Assembly: GCA_905235515.1 (NCBI GenBank)
Contig: CAJOLV010000002.1
Span: 21,924 to 85,923, forward strand
DNA: 64,000 nt
Direction: 5' to 3'
Source of the DNA: an uncultured Bacilli bacterium
Lineage (GTDB): Bacteria; Bacillota_I; Bacilli_A; RFN20; CAG-826
Positions 27,881-38,316 of the stretch are shown piece after piece; position 1 is the first letter of the stretch; each line of letters starts with the position of its first letter. Position numbers and translations under genes: made by a program. The notes below the pieces were generated by a model. The model saw nothing but the letters and a program-made list of their open reading frames with translations. It did not search any database and was not told the DNA's origin.

Positions 27881-30463
27881 ATGGAAAAACCTTTATTAAA
27901 ACCAGTTAATCAAAAACAGTTTTGTTTTTTTGGCGGCATCGCTTTAATCTTGTTGTCCCTAGTGTTAATTCTTAACATGTGGTATGTGGCCCGTGCGTTT
28001 ACATTTTTGTTTACATTTTTATTTGGCCTAACTAGTTATTTATTATTTGCCATTCTTCTTGGTGTTGGCGTTTACTTATTAGTAAAAAAACAACCCCTTA
28101 AGATTAAATTATCTTTAAAATTCTTTGGTGTTGTTTTAATTCTTATTTCCTTAACATTATTATTCACAGCCTTTTATAAACCATCCTATAAACTCAGTGG
28201 TTATGGGGAATTTTTTAAAACTCTTGAATATTTCAAGAATCAACATTTCCTAAATTTATTTAAACAACCGGTTGGTGGTGGTTTAATCGGCTCCACTTTA
28301 TACGATTTATTGGCGGGAATAAGCGCTCCAGTACCATACATTATCGGATTTTTAATCTTATTTGTTGGTTTAACTTTTACGTTTATGAACCCAATCTTAG
28401 CGTTATTTGCTAATTATCAAAGCAAAGAAAAAGCACCAAAAGTGAAAAAGAAAAAAGAACTTGAACCACAAACTCAAGAAGTTTTAATTGGAAGAGATTA
28501 TACTCATGATGCGATTAGAAACGCTTCAATTTTAGATGATCAACGTCCAGTCGAAAAACCAATGAATAAAATGACCCCAATGGCTAATGATGATATACCA
28601 AGTGGTTTTAATTCAGAGATGGGTTATCGAAATAATAGTGTGTTTGCGCCAGCCCATTTTATTCCTGGTGTTGCTCCTGGCGATAGTCCTTCAACTGTCG
28701 TAGGATTTAATCAACCTGCTAGACCCGCCGCGTTTGAAAAAGCACAACCTGTGCCAGAAATTCAACCTGAACCAATTCAACCTACCACTCCACATATAGA
28801 AAAGAATGAACAACTAACTTTAGATTTTGATGCAAGACCAGAACTTGATCCACGTTTAGTGACTGCTCAACCACAGTTTGAAGAACCTGAAGTGGTGAAG
28901 AATGATAATCCATATGTCGCTCCAGCACCAATGCCTGCTCCAGCGCCAGCTGTGAAAAAACCAATTAAATGGATTCCTCCTTCTGGAGAATTATTAGAAA
29001 CATATGAAACTAGTGAAGCTAGTGAATTAAATATTCAAACCGCTGAGCAAAGAACAGAAAAGATTAATCAAACCTTCACTGATTTTGGTATTGGCGCGAG
29101 AGTTGTAGGCTATACAATCGGCCCAGCAGTTACTCGTTATAATATTGAATATGATCCAAACGTTCCTGCTAAACGTATTGCCGAAAGAGAAACCGATGTC
29201 TCCATTCGTTTAGGTGGTGTGGCATGTCGTTTCCAACCAGTTGTGGAAGGCAGTTTTTATTCCGGTTTAGAAGTGCCTAACGCTAAAGTAACCATGGTGT
29301 CTTTTAAAGATGTGTATGAAAAATTACCAGATGTGAAGAAGCATCCAACTGCGATTGCCTTTGGCAAGAACATCAACGGTGATGTTATTTATGAAGATTT
29401 CAACTCTTTCCCACACTTATTAGTCGCAGGCACTACTGGTTCTGGTAAATCTATCTTTGTTCACTCTATTATTTCAACTTTAATCATGCGTAATTCTCCT
29501 GAGAATTTGAAACTTGTTCTCGTTGATCCTAAGAGAGTGGAATTTGTGAAATATAGAGATATTCCACATTTACTATGTCCGATTGTCTCGGATCCACATA
29601 AAGCTAAACCATTAATGGACAAATTAGTGGAAGAAATGAACAAACGTTATGACCTTCTCGCGGAAGGTGATGGCTTCCAAAATATCAAAGAATATAACGA
29701 ATACGCTGAAGAAAAAGGCATACCAAAGATTCCAACTATTATCGCGATTGTCGATGAATTTGGTGATTTAGTGCAAACTTGTAAAGAGATTAGTCAACCA
29801 ATCATTTTGATTGGTCAAAAAGCTCGTGCTTGTGGTATTCACTTATTAATTGCCACTCAATCTCCAACTAGTGATATTATTACCGGTTCAATTAAATCTA
29901 ACCTTCCTACTCACGTTGCTTTATCAACATCTAACGCTAATCAATCCGTCGTAATCATTGGTGAAGGCGGTGCGGAAAAGTTGCTTGGTAAAGGTGATAT
30001 GTTAGTCGATTGTGCGACTATTTCTCGTCAAAACAAAGTTCGTTTGCAAGGTTGCTTTATCGCGGGTAAAGAAATTGGTCGTATTGCTAATTATTTAAGA
30101 GAGCATTATGACACTCAATACGATGAAAACTTCCTTAATTTAGAAGAGGAAGCCCAACAAAGTGCACAAGTAGCGATTGCCTCTGGTGATGTTATTCCTT
30201 CCGCTGATGCAAGAGAAGAAGAAAGATATCAATCAATTAAGGGCTATGTAATGGGCCAACAATATACATCAATTAGTAAGATTCAAAGAGATTGTGCAGT
30301 CGGATTTAACCGCGCTGGTCGTTTCTTTAATAGATTAGTGGCAGAAGGTATCGTTAATCCAGAACCAGAAGGTAATAAAGGTTCTCGAGTTTTAGTTCAC
30401 GATATTTTGAGTGATAACTCATTAGATGATAGCGTGCCTGTCAGTGATGAATTAACAGATTAA
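27881..30463 (+). CDS. ftsK: DNA translocase FtsK/SpoIIIE
   Basis: N-terminal TM helices, a Pro-rich linker, motor domain GTTGSGKS and DEF(G)D, and a C-terminal gamma winged-helix domain. Confidence 0.9.
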   Translation: MEKPLLKPVNQKQFCFFGGIALILLSLVLILNMWYVARAFTFLFTFLFGLTSYLLFAILLGVGVYLLVKKQPLKIKLSLKFFGVVLILISLTLLFTAFYKPSYKLSGYGEFFKTLEYFKNQHFLNLFKQPVGGGLIGSTLYDLLAGISAPVPYIIGFLILFVGLTFTFMNPILALFANYQSKEKAPKVKKKKELEPQTQEVLIGRDYTHDAIRNASILDDQRPVEKPMNKMTPMANDDIPSGFNSEMGYRNNSVFAPAHFIPGVAPGDSPSTVVGFNQPARPAAFEKAQPVPEIQPEPIQPTTPHIEKNEQLTLDFDARPELDPRLVTAQPQFEEPEVVKNDNPYVAPAPMPAPAPAVKKPIKWIPPSGELLETYETSEASELNIQTAEQRTEKINQTFTDFGIGARVVGYTIGPAVTRYNIEYDPNVPAKRIAERETDVSIRLGGVACRFQPVVEGSFYSGLEVPNAKVTMVSFKDVYEKLPDVKKHPTAIAFGKNINGDVIYEDFNSFPHLLVAGTTGSGKSIFVHSIISTLIMRNSPENLKLVLVDPKRVEFVKYRDIPHLLCPIVSDPHKAKPLMDKLVEEMNKRYDLLAEGDGFQNIKEYNEYAEEKGIPKIPTIIAIVDEFGDLVQTCKEISQPIILIGQKARACGIHLLIATQSPTSDIITGSIKSNLPTHVALSTSNANQSVVIIGEGGAEKLLGKGDMLVDCATISRQNKVRLQGCFIAGKEIGRIANYLREHYDTQYDENFLNLEEEAQQSAQVAIASGDVIPSADAREEERYQSIKGYVMGQQYTSISKIQRDCAVGFNRAGRFFNRLVAEGIVNPEPEGNKGSRVLVHDILSDNSLDDSVPVSDELTD

Positions 30464-30465
30464 TT

Positions 30466-32586
30466 ATGAATGGTTTTATAAAAGCAAAATTAGTGTCTTT
30501 ACATCATATTGACGTACTTTTATTTACCACCGCTCAGATGGAATATAATCCTTCTTTTACTTTGTTTATTGATGGAGTGAAAGCCTATAAACCGACAATT
30601 ATTAGAAGAACAGCTAATAAAGATGTCTATTTATTTAGGCTCGAATTAAAAGAATCTTATGATTTTTCAAAGAGGTATTTCATTGCCTTTATGAATTTCC
30701 CATTGCAAACAATTGATATCTCCAATGTTCCAGACTTTAAAGAATTCGATCAATTATTTTCTTATGATGGAGATGATTTAGGCAACACTTATACAAAAGA
30801 AGAAACTAGTTTTGCCCTTTGGGCGCCTATTTCGCCATCTGTTCAATTACTCATTGAAAGTGATAGCGGTTTCATATCTTATGATATGACTAGAACTGAT
30901 AAAGGTGTCTATCGTCTAACTTTAAAAGGTGATTATAAAAACAAAAAATATTGTTATTTAATTGAAAATAATGGTGTTTGTCGTGAAACACCTGATATCT
31001 ACGCAAAAGCAAGCTCTATCAATAGCCAATATTCCGTTGTTGTTGATTTATCAGAAATTGAAAAGATGGGGACAGTCGATTTTAAAAACGCTGATATCAA
31101 AATGGTCGATTCCGTCATTTATGAAGTTAATGTTCGTGACTTTAGCGAAGATAAAAACACTGATATTGAACAAAAGGGTAAATTCCTCGGTTTTGTTGAA
31201 GAAGGTCGAAAGACCAAAGGTGGTCACCCAGCTGGATTAGATTATTTAAGTTATCTAGGAATTACTCACGTCCAACTTCAACCAATTCACGATGTTAATA
31301 ATGTTCCAGAAGATAATCCAAAATATGCTTATAACTGGGGTTATGATCCATGTAGTTATTTTGTTTTAGAAGGTGCTTATTCTTCTGACCCTTATGACCC
31401 GATAGCGAGAATTAAAGAATTTAAAACCATGGTCAATAAGCTCCATAAGAGAAATATTGGGGTAATTATAGACGTTGTCTATAACCATTGTTATGAATGG
31501 CTTTATTCGACATTTGAAAAGACTGTTCCTAATTATTATTTTAGAAAGAAAAAAGATGGTTCATTATCATCTATTTCCGGATGTGGCAATGATATAGCGA
31601 GTGAAAGACCGATGGTCAGAAAACTTATCCTCGATAGTGTTCTTTATTTATTCAAACAATTTGATATTGATGGATTAAGATTTGACTTAATGGGCTTATT
31701 AGATATCACCACAATGAATGAGATTGAAAAAGCAGTAAGAGAGATTAAGCCAAACGCTTTCCTATATGGTGAAGGTTGGAATATGGGTTTACAAATCCCA
31801 GAAAACGAACGCGCTAGTGCGGATAACGCTGATAAATTACCTGGCTATTCCTTTTTTAACGATATGTTCCGCGACATTGTTAAAGGTCCAACTTTTAGAG
31901 ATGGAATAACTGTTAAAGGATTCGCTAACGGGGATGTCAATTATTATTTCGGTTTAGAATATGTGATGAATGGTTCTATTTTAGACCTTTCATATAGACA
32001 TAGATTCTTAGATGCGAATCAATCCATCAACTATGTTGAATGTCACGATAATAACACTTTATTTGATAAATTAACCAAATCTAATCCCGATGATGATGAA
32101 TCAATGATTTATGAAAGAGTAAGATTAGCTAATGATATTATCATGCTTTCCTTTGGCGTGCCTTTATTCCACATGGGCCAAGAAATTGGTCAATCTAAAT
32201 TAGGTTTAGACAATACTTATAACATCTTGAAGATTAATAATATGAATTGGTTGCAAGTTGATAAGAATTTTGAAATGGTCGACCATTTTAGATTCACAAT
32301 CGAAATGAGAAAGAATCATTTATCTTATCTCCATAAAACCAAACCTGAAGAAATCGCTAATGTCTATAAGTTTGAAAGATTAGATAATAATGTAGTAAAA
32401 ATTAAAGTCGCTACTGATGATTATGATGATTTAGAAATCTACATTAATACATTAAATGACCCACAGTTATTTGTCTTTGATGATTATCGCTCAGTGTTAG
32501 TCAATACCGCCAAAGATAATCTAATCTTAAAAACCTTCCAATTATCTCCAGCAAGACTTAATGTCGTATACAAAAGTAAAAAATAA
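30466..32586 (+). CDS. pulA: Type I pullulanase / debranching enzyme (GH13), no signal peptide
   Basis: YNWGYDP, DGLRFDLMG, YGEGW and VECHDN are GH13 pullulanase catalytic motifs. The N-terminus has no signal peptide. Confidence 0.85.
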   Translation: MNGFIKAKLVSLHHIDVLLFTTAQMEYNPSFTLFIDGVKAYKPTIIRRTANKDVYLFRLELKESYDFSKRYFIAFMNFPLQTIDISNVPDFKEFDQLFSYDGDDLGNTYTKEETSFALWAPISPSVQLLIESDSGFISYDMTRTDKGVYRLTLKGDYKNKKYCYLIENNGVCRETPDIYAKASSINSQYSVVVDLSEIEKMGTVDFKNADIKMVDSVIYEVNVRDFSEDKNTDIEQKGKFLGFVEEGRKTKGGHPAGLDYLSYLGITHVQLQPIHDVNNVPEDNPKYAYNWGYDPCSYFVLEGAYSSDPYDPIARIKEFKTMVNKLHKRNIGVIIDVVYNHCYEWLYSTFEKTVPNYYFRKKKDGSLSSISGCGNDIASERPMVRKLILDSVLYLFKQFDIDGLRFDLMGLLDITTMNEIEKAVREIKPNAFLYGEGWNMGLQIPENERASADNADKLPGYSFFNDMFRDIVKGPTFRDGITVKGFANGDVNYYFGLEYVMNGSILDLSYRHRFLDANQSINYVECHDNNTLFDKLTKSNPDDDESMIYERVRLANDIIMLSFGVPLFHMGQEIGQSKLGLDNTYNILKINNMNWLQVDKNFEMVDHFRFTIEMRKNHLSYLHKTKPEEIANVYKFERLDNNVVKIKVATDDYDDLEIYINTLNDPQLFVFDDYRSVLVNTAKDNLILKTFQLSPARLNVVYKSKK

Positions 32587-32613
32587 ACCTTCTTAAAAAA
32601 GAAGGTTTTTTCT
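32587..32613. terminator. Bidirectional rho-independent terminator between convergent pulA and rsmF-like genes
   Basis: AACCTTCTT-aaa-AAGAAGGTT with A-run and T-run flanks. Confidence 0.65.
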
Positions 32614-33852
32614 TAAATATTTCGGATATCTATTTTTAATAATACGTCCATCACTTTTAGCGATATCAATGCTAACACCTTGATATTTTAATAAGACATA
32701 TCCTTTTGGATAAACGATATCTAAGCTCTCGCCTCTGATATATTTCAAAGCGTTTTCTTTTGATATTTCTAATTCGTTTTTAAAAGTAGAAATATTGCGA
32801 GCGTAATGGATATCATATTTAATATCATCTTTTAAGAACTCACCAAGTTTTACTCCATTGCGGACAACATTAAGATTTTTAATATCAAATTCATAATTAG
32901 CGAGATAGGAGATGTCTCCATATTTATGTAAGTGTTTTCCTTCATATAAAGGACCCTTATATTTTTCAACGCTTTCTTTTAATTCACCAGGTTTTTTAAA
33001 TAGACAAATATAATGACCTTCACCTGGAAACAAAGATGGAAATAGATGAATTCCTAGTTTTGATTCGGATTGATAAAAATATAGGTTAGATTCAAAAGGT
33101 AAAATTTCGGCGTTTGAGTTATCTAATAAATATTGAGCAACTTCTTCATCTTCTTCATAAGAGAAAGAACACGTTGAATAGATTAATTTCCCACCTGGTT
33201 TCAGCATTTTATAAGCGTAAGAAATTAACTCTTTTTGAATCTCAGCAAATTTTAAGACTTTATTATATGACCAATCCTCTTTCATTAAATCATTTTTTCT
33301 AAACATTCCGCTTCCTGAACACGGAGCATCAAGAATAATCGCATCAAAAGTGTTGAGATATTTATGATAAATAATAGAAAAATCATTTGATAAAATCAAA
33401 AGATTGCCTAAACCCATTCTTTCAGCGTTTTCTTTAATTATTTTAGCGCGTGGATAAGATAAGTCGTTAGAGACGATTAATCCTGTATCATTCATTAATA
33501 GAGACGCTTGAACAGATTTTCCCCCTGGCGCGGCACATAAATCTAAAACTATTTGCATGGGTTTAACATCTAATAGATAACTCACTAACATCGCGGATGG
33601 TTCTTGTAGATAAAATACTCCTAATTCATGTAAAAGGCTTTTCCCTAATTGATATTCATTTTTATCATATAAGTAACCATTCTTAACAATAGGATGCATT
33701 TCTAAATGAGGGTAAAATGAAAATAGTTTTTCTTCACTCATTTTGCGAGTATTTAAAAGCAAAGCGTGTTTATCCGATTCATTTAATGACTCAAATAACT
33801 GATTAATTTCTTCTTCGCTAAGATACTTTTTTAAATGCTCTTCAAATGTCAT
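32593..33852 (-). CDS. NOL1/NOP2/Sun family rRNA m5C methyltransferase (RsmB/RsmF-like)
   Basis: LDLCAAPGGKS SAM motif, DAPCSGSGMFRKN and STCSFSYEEDE catalytic Cys motifs. I moved the start to ATG 33852 (the ORF-track start was TTG 33876), but it remains uncertain because no SD is evident. Confidence 0.75.
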   Translation of the reverse strand: MTFEEHLKKYLSEEEINQLFESLNESDKHALLLNTRKMSEEKLFSFYPHLEMHPIVKNGYLYDKNEYQLGKSLLHELGVFYLQEPSAMLVSYLLDVKPMQIVLDLCAAPGGKSVQASLLMNDTGLIVSNDLSYPRAKIIKENAERMGLGNLLILSNDFSIIYHKYLNTFDAIILDAPCSGSGMFRKNDLMKEDWSYNKVLKFAEIQKELISYAYKMLKPGGKLIYSTCSFSYEEDEEVAQYLLDNSNAEILPFESNLYFYQSESKLGIHLFPSLFPGEGHYICLFKKPGELKESVEKYKGPLYEGKHLHKYGDISYLANYEFDIKNLNVVRNGVKLGEFLKDDIKYDIHYARNISTFKNELEISKENALKYIRGESLDIVYPKGYVLLKYQGVSIDIAKSDGRIIKNRYPKYLRKNLLF

Positions 33853-33937
33853 ACAGATGGTAATATTGTATATCAATTCGTTCTATTTTAATAGAAATCT
33901 ATGATACAATGATTACGTATTTGTCGAGGTAATACTT

Positions 33938-35245
33938 ATGAGAATGGTTGACTTAATTATCAAAAAAAGACAAGGTCATGAATTGACTGATGAAGAAATT
34001 AGATTTTGGATTAAAGGTTATGTCGATGGTGAAATCCCAGATTATCAATCTTCTGCGATGCAAATGGCAATTGTCTTTCAAGGAATGAATAATAGAGAAA
34101 TTGCTACTTTAACTGATGCGATGCTTCATTCTGGTGAAGTTTTGAATTTAAGTAATATTAAAGGTGTTAAAGTTGATAAGCACAGCACTGGTGGTGTTGG
34201 TGATAAGACCTCTTTGGTCCTTGGACCAATGGTCGCTGCATGCGGAGCGACTCTTGCTAAAATGAGTGGTCGTGGTTTAGGTCACACTGGTGGTACCTTG
34301 GATAAATTAGAATCGATTCCAGGAGTGACAATTGCAATTTCTGGTGAAAGATTTGTTAATCAAGTCAATGATATTGGCTGTGCGATTGTCGGACAAACTG
34401 GTAGCTTAGTTCCTGCTGATAAAAAGATGTATGCCTTACGTGATGTCACAGGCACAGTGGAATCTATTCCATTAATTGCGTCATCTGTTATGTCTAAAAA
34501 ACTCGCTAGTGGAAGTGATGTTATCTTATTAGACGTCACTGTTGGCGAAGGTGCATTTATGAAAAATGTCGCTCAAGCTCGACAATTAGCCCATATCATG
34601 GTTGATATCGGAAGAAGACTAGGAAGAGACGCAAGAGCAGTCTTATCAAATATGAGTGAACCTTTAGGTTTAGCGGTCGGTAATTCTCTAGAAGTTAAAG
34701 AAGCGATTGCAGCTTTACAAGGTCACGGACCAGAAGATTTAATGGAACTTTGCTATATCACCGGTTCAATTATGCTAGAACAAGCCAAAGTCTTCTCTTC
34801 TCGTGAAAAAGCAAGAATTGCTTTAGAAGACGCTGTTAAATCTGGCGCGGCATTTGATAAATTTGTCAAGATGGTTAAAGCGCAAGGCGGCGATATTGAA
34901 TATATCCTACATCCAGAAAAATTTGAAATGGCTAAAGAAATCATTCCAATCTACGCTGATGCGACTGGTTATATTAAGTCATTAGATGCCTTAACAATTG
35001 GTGTTTCTTCTATGAAGCTCGGTGGTGGAAGAGAAACATTAGATGATGTTATCGATATGTCGGCTGGCATCGTTTTAAATAAAAAAGTTGGTGATCAAGT
35101 TAAAGAAGGCGACTTACTCGCTACTTTATACACCAACAAACCAAAAGATATTTATGAACCAATTGCTTTAGATGTTTTACATACATTCCAAATTACTTCT
35201 GAATATGTTGAACATCAAAAAGTTATCCTTGAGGTTATTGAATAA
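33938..35245 (+). CDS. pdp: Pyrimidine-nucleoside (thymidine) phosphorylase
   Basis: VDKHSTGGVGDKTSL phosphate-binding motif, with a GAGGT SD 8 nt upstream. Confidence 0.9.
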   Translation: MRMVDLIIKKRQGHELTDEEIRFWIKGYVDGEIPDYQSSAMQMAIVFQGMNNREIATLTDAMLHSGEVLNLSNIKGVKVDKHSTGGVGDKTSLVLGPMVAACGATLAKMSGRGLGHTGGTLDKLESIPGVTIAISGERFVNQVNDIGCAIVGQTGSLVPADKKMYALRDVTGTVESIPLIASSVMSKKLASGSDVILLDVTVGEGAFMKNVAQARQLAHIMVDIGRRLGRDARAVLSNMSEPLGLAVGNSLEVKEAIAALQGHGPEDLMELCYITGSIMLEQAKVFSSREKARIALEDAVKSGAAFDKFVKMVKAQGGDIEYILHPEKFEMAKEIIPIYADATGYIKSLDALTIGVSSMKLGGGRETLDDVIDMSAGIVLNKKVGDQVKEGDLLATLYTNKPKDIYEPIALDVLHTFQITSEYVEHQKVILEVIE

Positions 35246-36478
35246 TGAGTCAGCCTTTAGCAGATTTAATGCGTCCTGAAATTCTTGATGAAATGGTGGG
35301 TCAAGCCCATCTTTTAGGCAAAAATTCTTTATTTCGTAAAGTAATTGAATCTGGCAGTGTGCCAAATATGATTTTTTATGGCCCTCCAGGAACTGGTAAG
35401 ACTACTGCGGCAAGAATCATCGCTAAGAAGACTAACAAATCTTTATACCATTTAAATGGCACATCAGCATCAACTGAAGATATCAAAAAAGTGATTTCTG
35501 ATATCAATAGTTTGTTTTCGACAAATGGTATCTTACTTTATCTCGATGAAATTCAATATCTAAACAAAAAGCAACAGCAATCTCTATTAGAGTTTGTTGA
35601 ATCTGGTGAGATTACTTTGATCGCCTCCACAACTGAAAATCCATATTTTTACATCTATCCTGCTTTGTTATCTCGATGCACGGTTTTTGAATTTAAAGCT
35701 GTCACTGCTGATGAGATTAAAAAAGCCATTTCAAGAGCGTGCGAGAAGTTAAATATAAAGATTGATGAGGATGCATTAGAACTTTTATCGGTTGGCTCTA
35801 ATGGAGATGTCCGTAAATCATTAAATAACTTAGAATTTTTAGCTAAATCACTGAAAAAGGGCAAAACAATTTCAAAGAAATTGGTGGAAGAATTAATTGA
35901 TCGCGCTAATATTTCTTATGATCGAAGTGAAGATAAACATTTTGATAATTTATCAGCATTAATGAAGTCATTAAGAGGGAGCGATCCTGATGCGGCAATA
36001 TTCTATTTAGCCAAGATGCTTGAAGCCGGTGATTTAATCGCAGCGGCAAGAAGATTATTATGCTCGGCTAGTGAAGATGTTGGGCTTGCTTATCCAAATA
36101 TTATTCCTTTAGTGAAGTCATGCGTAGATACCTTTGCAACTTGGCCTACCAGAAGCGAGATTACCGTTAGCAAACGCTGCAATATTAATCGCCACCGCTC
36201 CAAAGAGCAATGCGGCATGTTTAGCAATAGATGCTGCAATGGCGGATGTTAGAGCAGGTAAAGGAACTGGTGTTCCACGTACTTTACAAAATACTCATTA
36301 CGATGGCGCGGATGCTACTATTAAAGGCCAAAATTATAAATATCCACACAATTATAAACATCATTGGGTAGCGCAACAATATTTACCAGATGATATCAAA
36401 CAAGCTAAATATTATGTCTATCAAGACAATAAATATGAACAAGCTCTAAAAGAATATTGGGAGAAAATTAAAAAATGA
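35245..36478 (+). pseudogene. rarA: Recombination factor RarA/MgsA (AAA+ ATPase) interrupted by an apparent 1-nt frameshift near 36140
   Basis: Frame 1 (35245-36252) carries GPPGTGKTT, DEIQYLNK and ...ASEDVGLAYPNIIPLVKSCVDTF, then becomes non-homologous. Frame 2 (from about 36128, ORF 36134-36478) carries the conserved C-terminus LGLPEARLPLANAAILIATAPKSNA...YKYPHNY...QQYLPD. Confidence 0.7.
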
Positions 36479-36930
36479 GAGTTGTCTTAACCACAGTGTT
36501 AGAAGCTAACGTTAAAGTAAATGACAAATTAATCGCTAAAATAAATCGCGGTTATCTTTTGCTTGTTGGTTTCACTGATGGCGATGATAAAGAGACCGTT
36601 GATAAAATGGTTGATAAGATTCTCTCACTAAGAGTGTTTCCAGATGAAAATGGACAAATCAATATCTCTTTACAAGATGTCAATGGTTCAATTCTTTCCG
36701 TTAGTCAATTTACTTTATATGCGAATGCCGCTAAGGGGAGAAGACCATCATTTGTTGATGCTTTAAGGCCAGGAGAAGCTGAGCCATTATATGATTATTT
36801 CAATCAACAAATCGAATTGAAGTATGGGAAATTACAAACTGGCATCTTTGGAGCGGATATGAAAGTAGAGAGCATCAACGATGGTCCATTTACCCTACTA
36901 TTAGATAGTAAGGAGTTATTCTATCAATGA
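36475..36930 (+). CDS. dtd: D-aminoacyl-tRNA deacylase
   Basis: SQFTLYANAAKGRRPSF and GPFT motifs. Confidence 0.9.
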   Translation: MRVVLTTVLEANVKVNDKLIAKINRGYLLLVGFTDGDDKETVDKMVDKILSLRVFPDENGQINISLQDVNGSILSVSQFTLYANAAKGRRPSFVDALRPGEAEPLYDYFNQQIELKYGKLQTGIFGADMKVESINDGPFTLLLDSKELFYQ

Positions 36931-38057
36931 GAGTTTTAATCGGATTAAGCGGTGGTGTCGATAGCGCGGTTGCGGCGTATTTATTAATGAAGGAAGGCTA
37001 TGAAGTAACTGCCTGTTTTATGCGTAACTGGGACGCTCTTGCAAATGGAGATTATCTTGGTAACCCAACGATTAATAACAATCAATGCCCACAAGAAAAA
37101 GATTATGATGATGCTTGTAAAGTCGCGGAAAAACTTGGCATAAAAATTTTAAGAGCGGATTATATCAAAGAATATTGGGATAACGTTTTTTCCTATCTCA
37201 TTAAAGAATATGAAAATGGGAGAACTCCAAATCCAGATATTTTTTGTAATAAATATATTAAGTTTGGACCATTTATTGATTTCGCTAAAAAGAATGGCTT
37301 TGACGCTATTGCGATGGGCCATTACGCTAAAAGAATTGATAAAGATGGCAAAGCGTATTTGTGTAAATCTTATGATCAAAACAAAGACCAAACTTATTTC
37401 TTAAGTCAAATTTCTCAAGAACAAGTATCCTTCTGTTTATTTCCTTTAGGAAATATTGATAAGACTGAAGTGAGAAGAATTGCTCATGAATTAGATTTAG
37501 AATCGGTGATGGACAAAAAAGATAGCACAGGTATTTGTTTTATTGGTGAAAGAAACTTCAGACAATTTTTACAAAATTATATTCCTGCTAAGGATGGGGA
37601 TATTGTTGATATAGAAACCGGCAGAGTCTTAGGCCGTCATGTTGGGTCAATGTATTACACAATTGGGCAAAGAAGAGGTCTTGGTATTGGTGGTATACAT
37701 GGAGAAGAAGCAAAAGGCTGGTTTATCGTTAAAAAAGACGTCAAGAAAAATATCCTTTATGTCGCTAGTGGAGACGAAAACGAATACTTACTCTCAGATA
37801 GTTGCACAGTGACTAATCTCAATTGGATCACGGATAAACCAAAAGAAGGCCAGCATTTCTATGCAAAATTTAGATATCGTCAAAAGGATAATGGAGTCAC
37901 TATTCACTTGCTAAATGATGATAAAATTGAATTAATATTTGATGAACCTTATAAAGCTGTCACTCCAGGCCAGGCAGCAGTTTTATATGATGGAGAAATA
38001 TGTTTAGGTGGTGGATTAATCGAACACACCTATATGAACAATAACCAAACAGACTAA
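36927..38057 (+). CDS. mnmA: tRNA-specific 2-thiouridylase MnmA
   Basis: LSGGVDSAVAAYLL PP-loop and catalytic Cys residues. Confidence 0.9.
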   Translation: MRVLIGLSGGVDSAVAAYLLMKEGYEVTACFMRNWDALANGDYLGNPTINNNQCPQEKDYDDACKVAEKLGIKILRADYIKEYWDNVFSYLIKEYENGRTPNPDIFCNKYIKFGPFIDFAKKNGFDAIAMGHYAKRIDKDGKAYLCKSYDQNKDQTYFLSQISQEQVSFCLFPLGNIDKTEVRRIAHELDLESVMDKKDSTGICFIGERNFRQFLQNYIPAKDGDIVDIETGRVLGRHVGSMYYTIGQRRGLGIGGIHGEEAKGWFIVKKDVKKNILYVASGDENEYLLSDSCTVTNLNWITDKPKEGQHFYAKFRYRQKDNGVTIHLLNDDKIELIFDEPYKAVTPGQAAVLYDGEICLGGGLIEHTYMNNNQTD

Positions 38058-38094
38058 TTTGTTATTGTGAAAGATATAATTATCTTTTATAATA

Positions 38095-38300
38095 CAAATC
38101 GGAAATAAATCTTATCTCAATCAATCCTAGAGAGTGCGGATGGTGGAAGCGCATATTGATAAATAAGAGAGCCACTTCCCTGAGCTCGGGTAATGCCGAC
38201 GAGTCATTAACGTAAATAATGAAAATTAAGTGCACACCGCAATAGCGGGTGAAATAGGATGGTAACGCGGTAATTCGTTCCTATAAGGAACGTTTTTCTA
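38095..38300 (+). promoter_or_regulatory. T-box riboswitch leader of alaS (putative GCC alanine specifier)
   Basis: Upstream sigma-A-like promoter (TTGTGA-17-TATAAT), an AGAGAG stem-I element, a candidate specifier GCC followed by A, and the T-box sequence AATAGGATGGTAACGCGG (about 38253-38270) followed by an intrinsic terminator. Confidence 0.7.
38276..38297 (+). terminator. T-box leader terminator
   Basis: CGTTCC-tataa-GGAACG followed by TTTTT, ending 20 nt before the alaS SD GGAGG. Confidence 0.65.
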
Positions 38301-38316
38301 TATTTGGAGGAATAAT

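Noticed and set aside
36134-36478. Separate 114-aa gene starting at TTG 36134.
   Set aside because: Its sequence is the conserved C-terminus of RarA, so I treated it as the downstream half of a frameshifted rarA rather than an independent gene.
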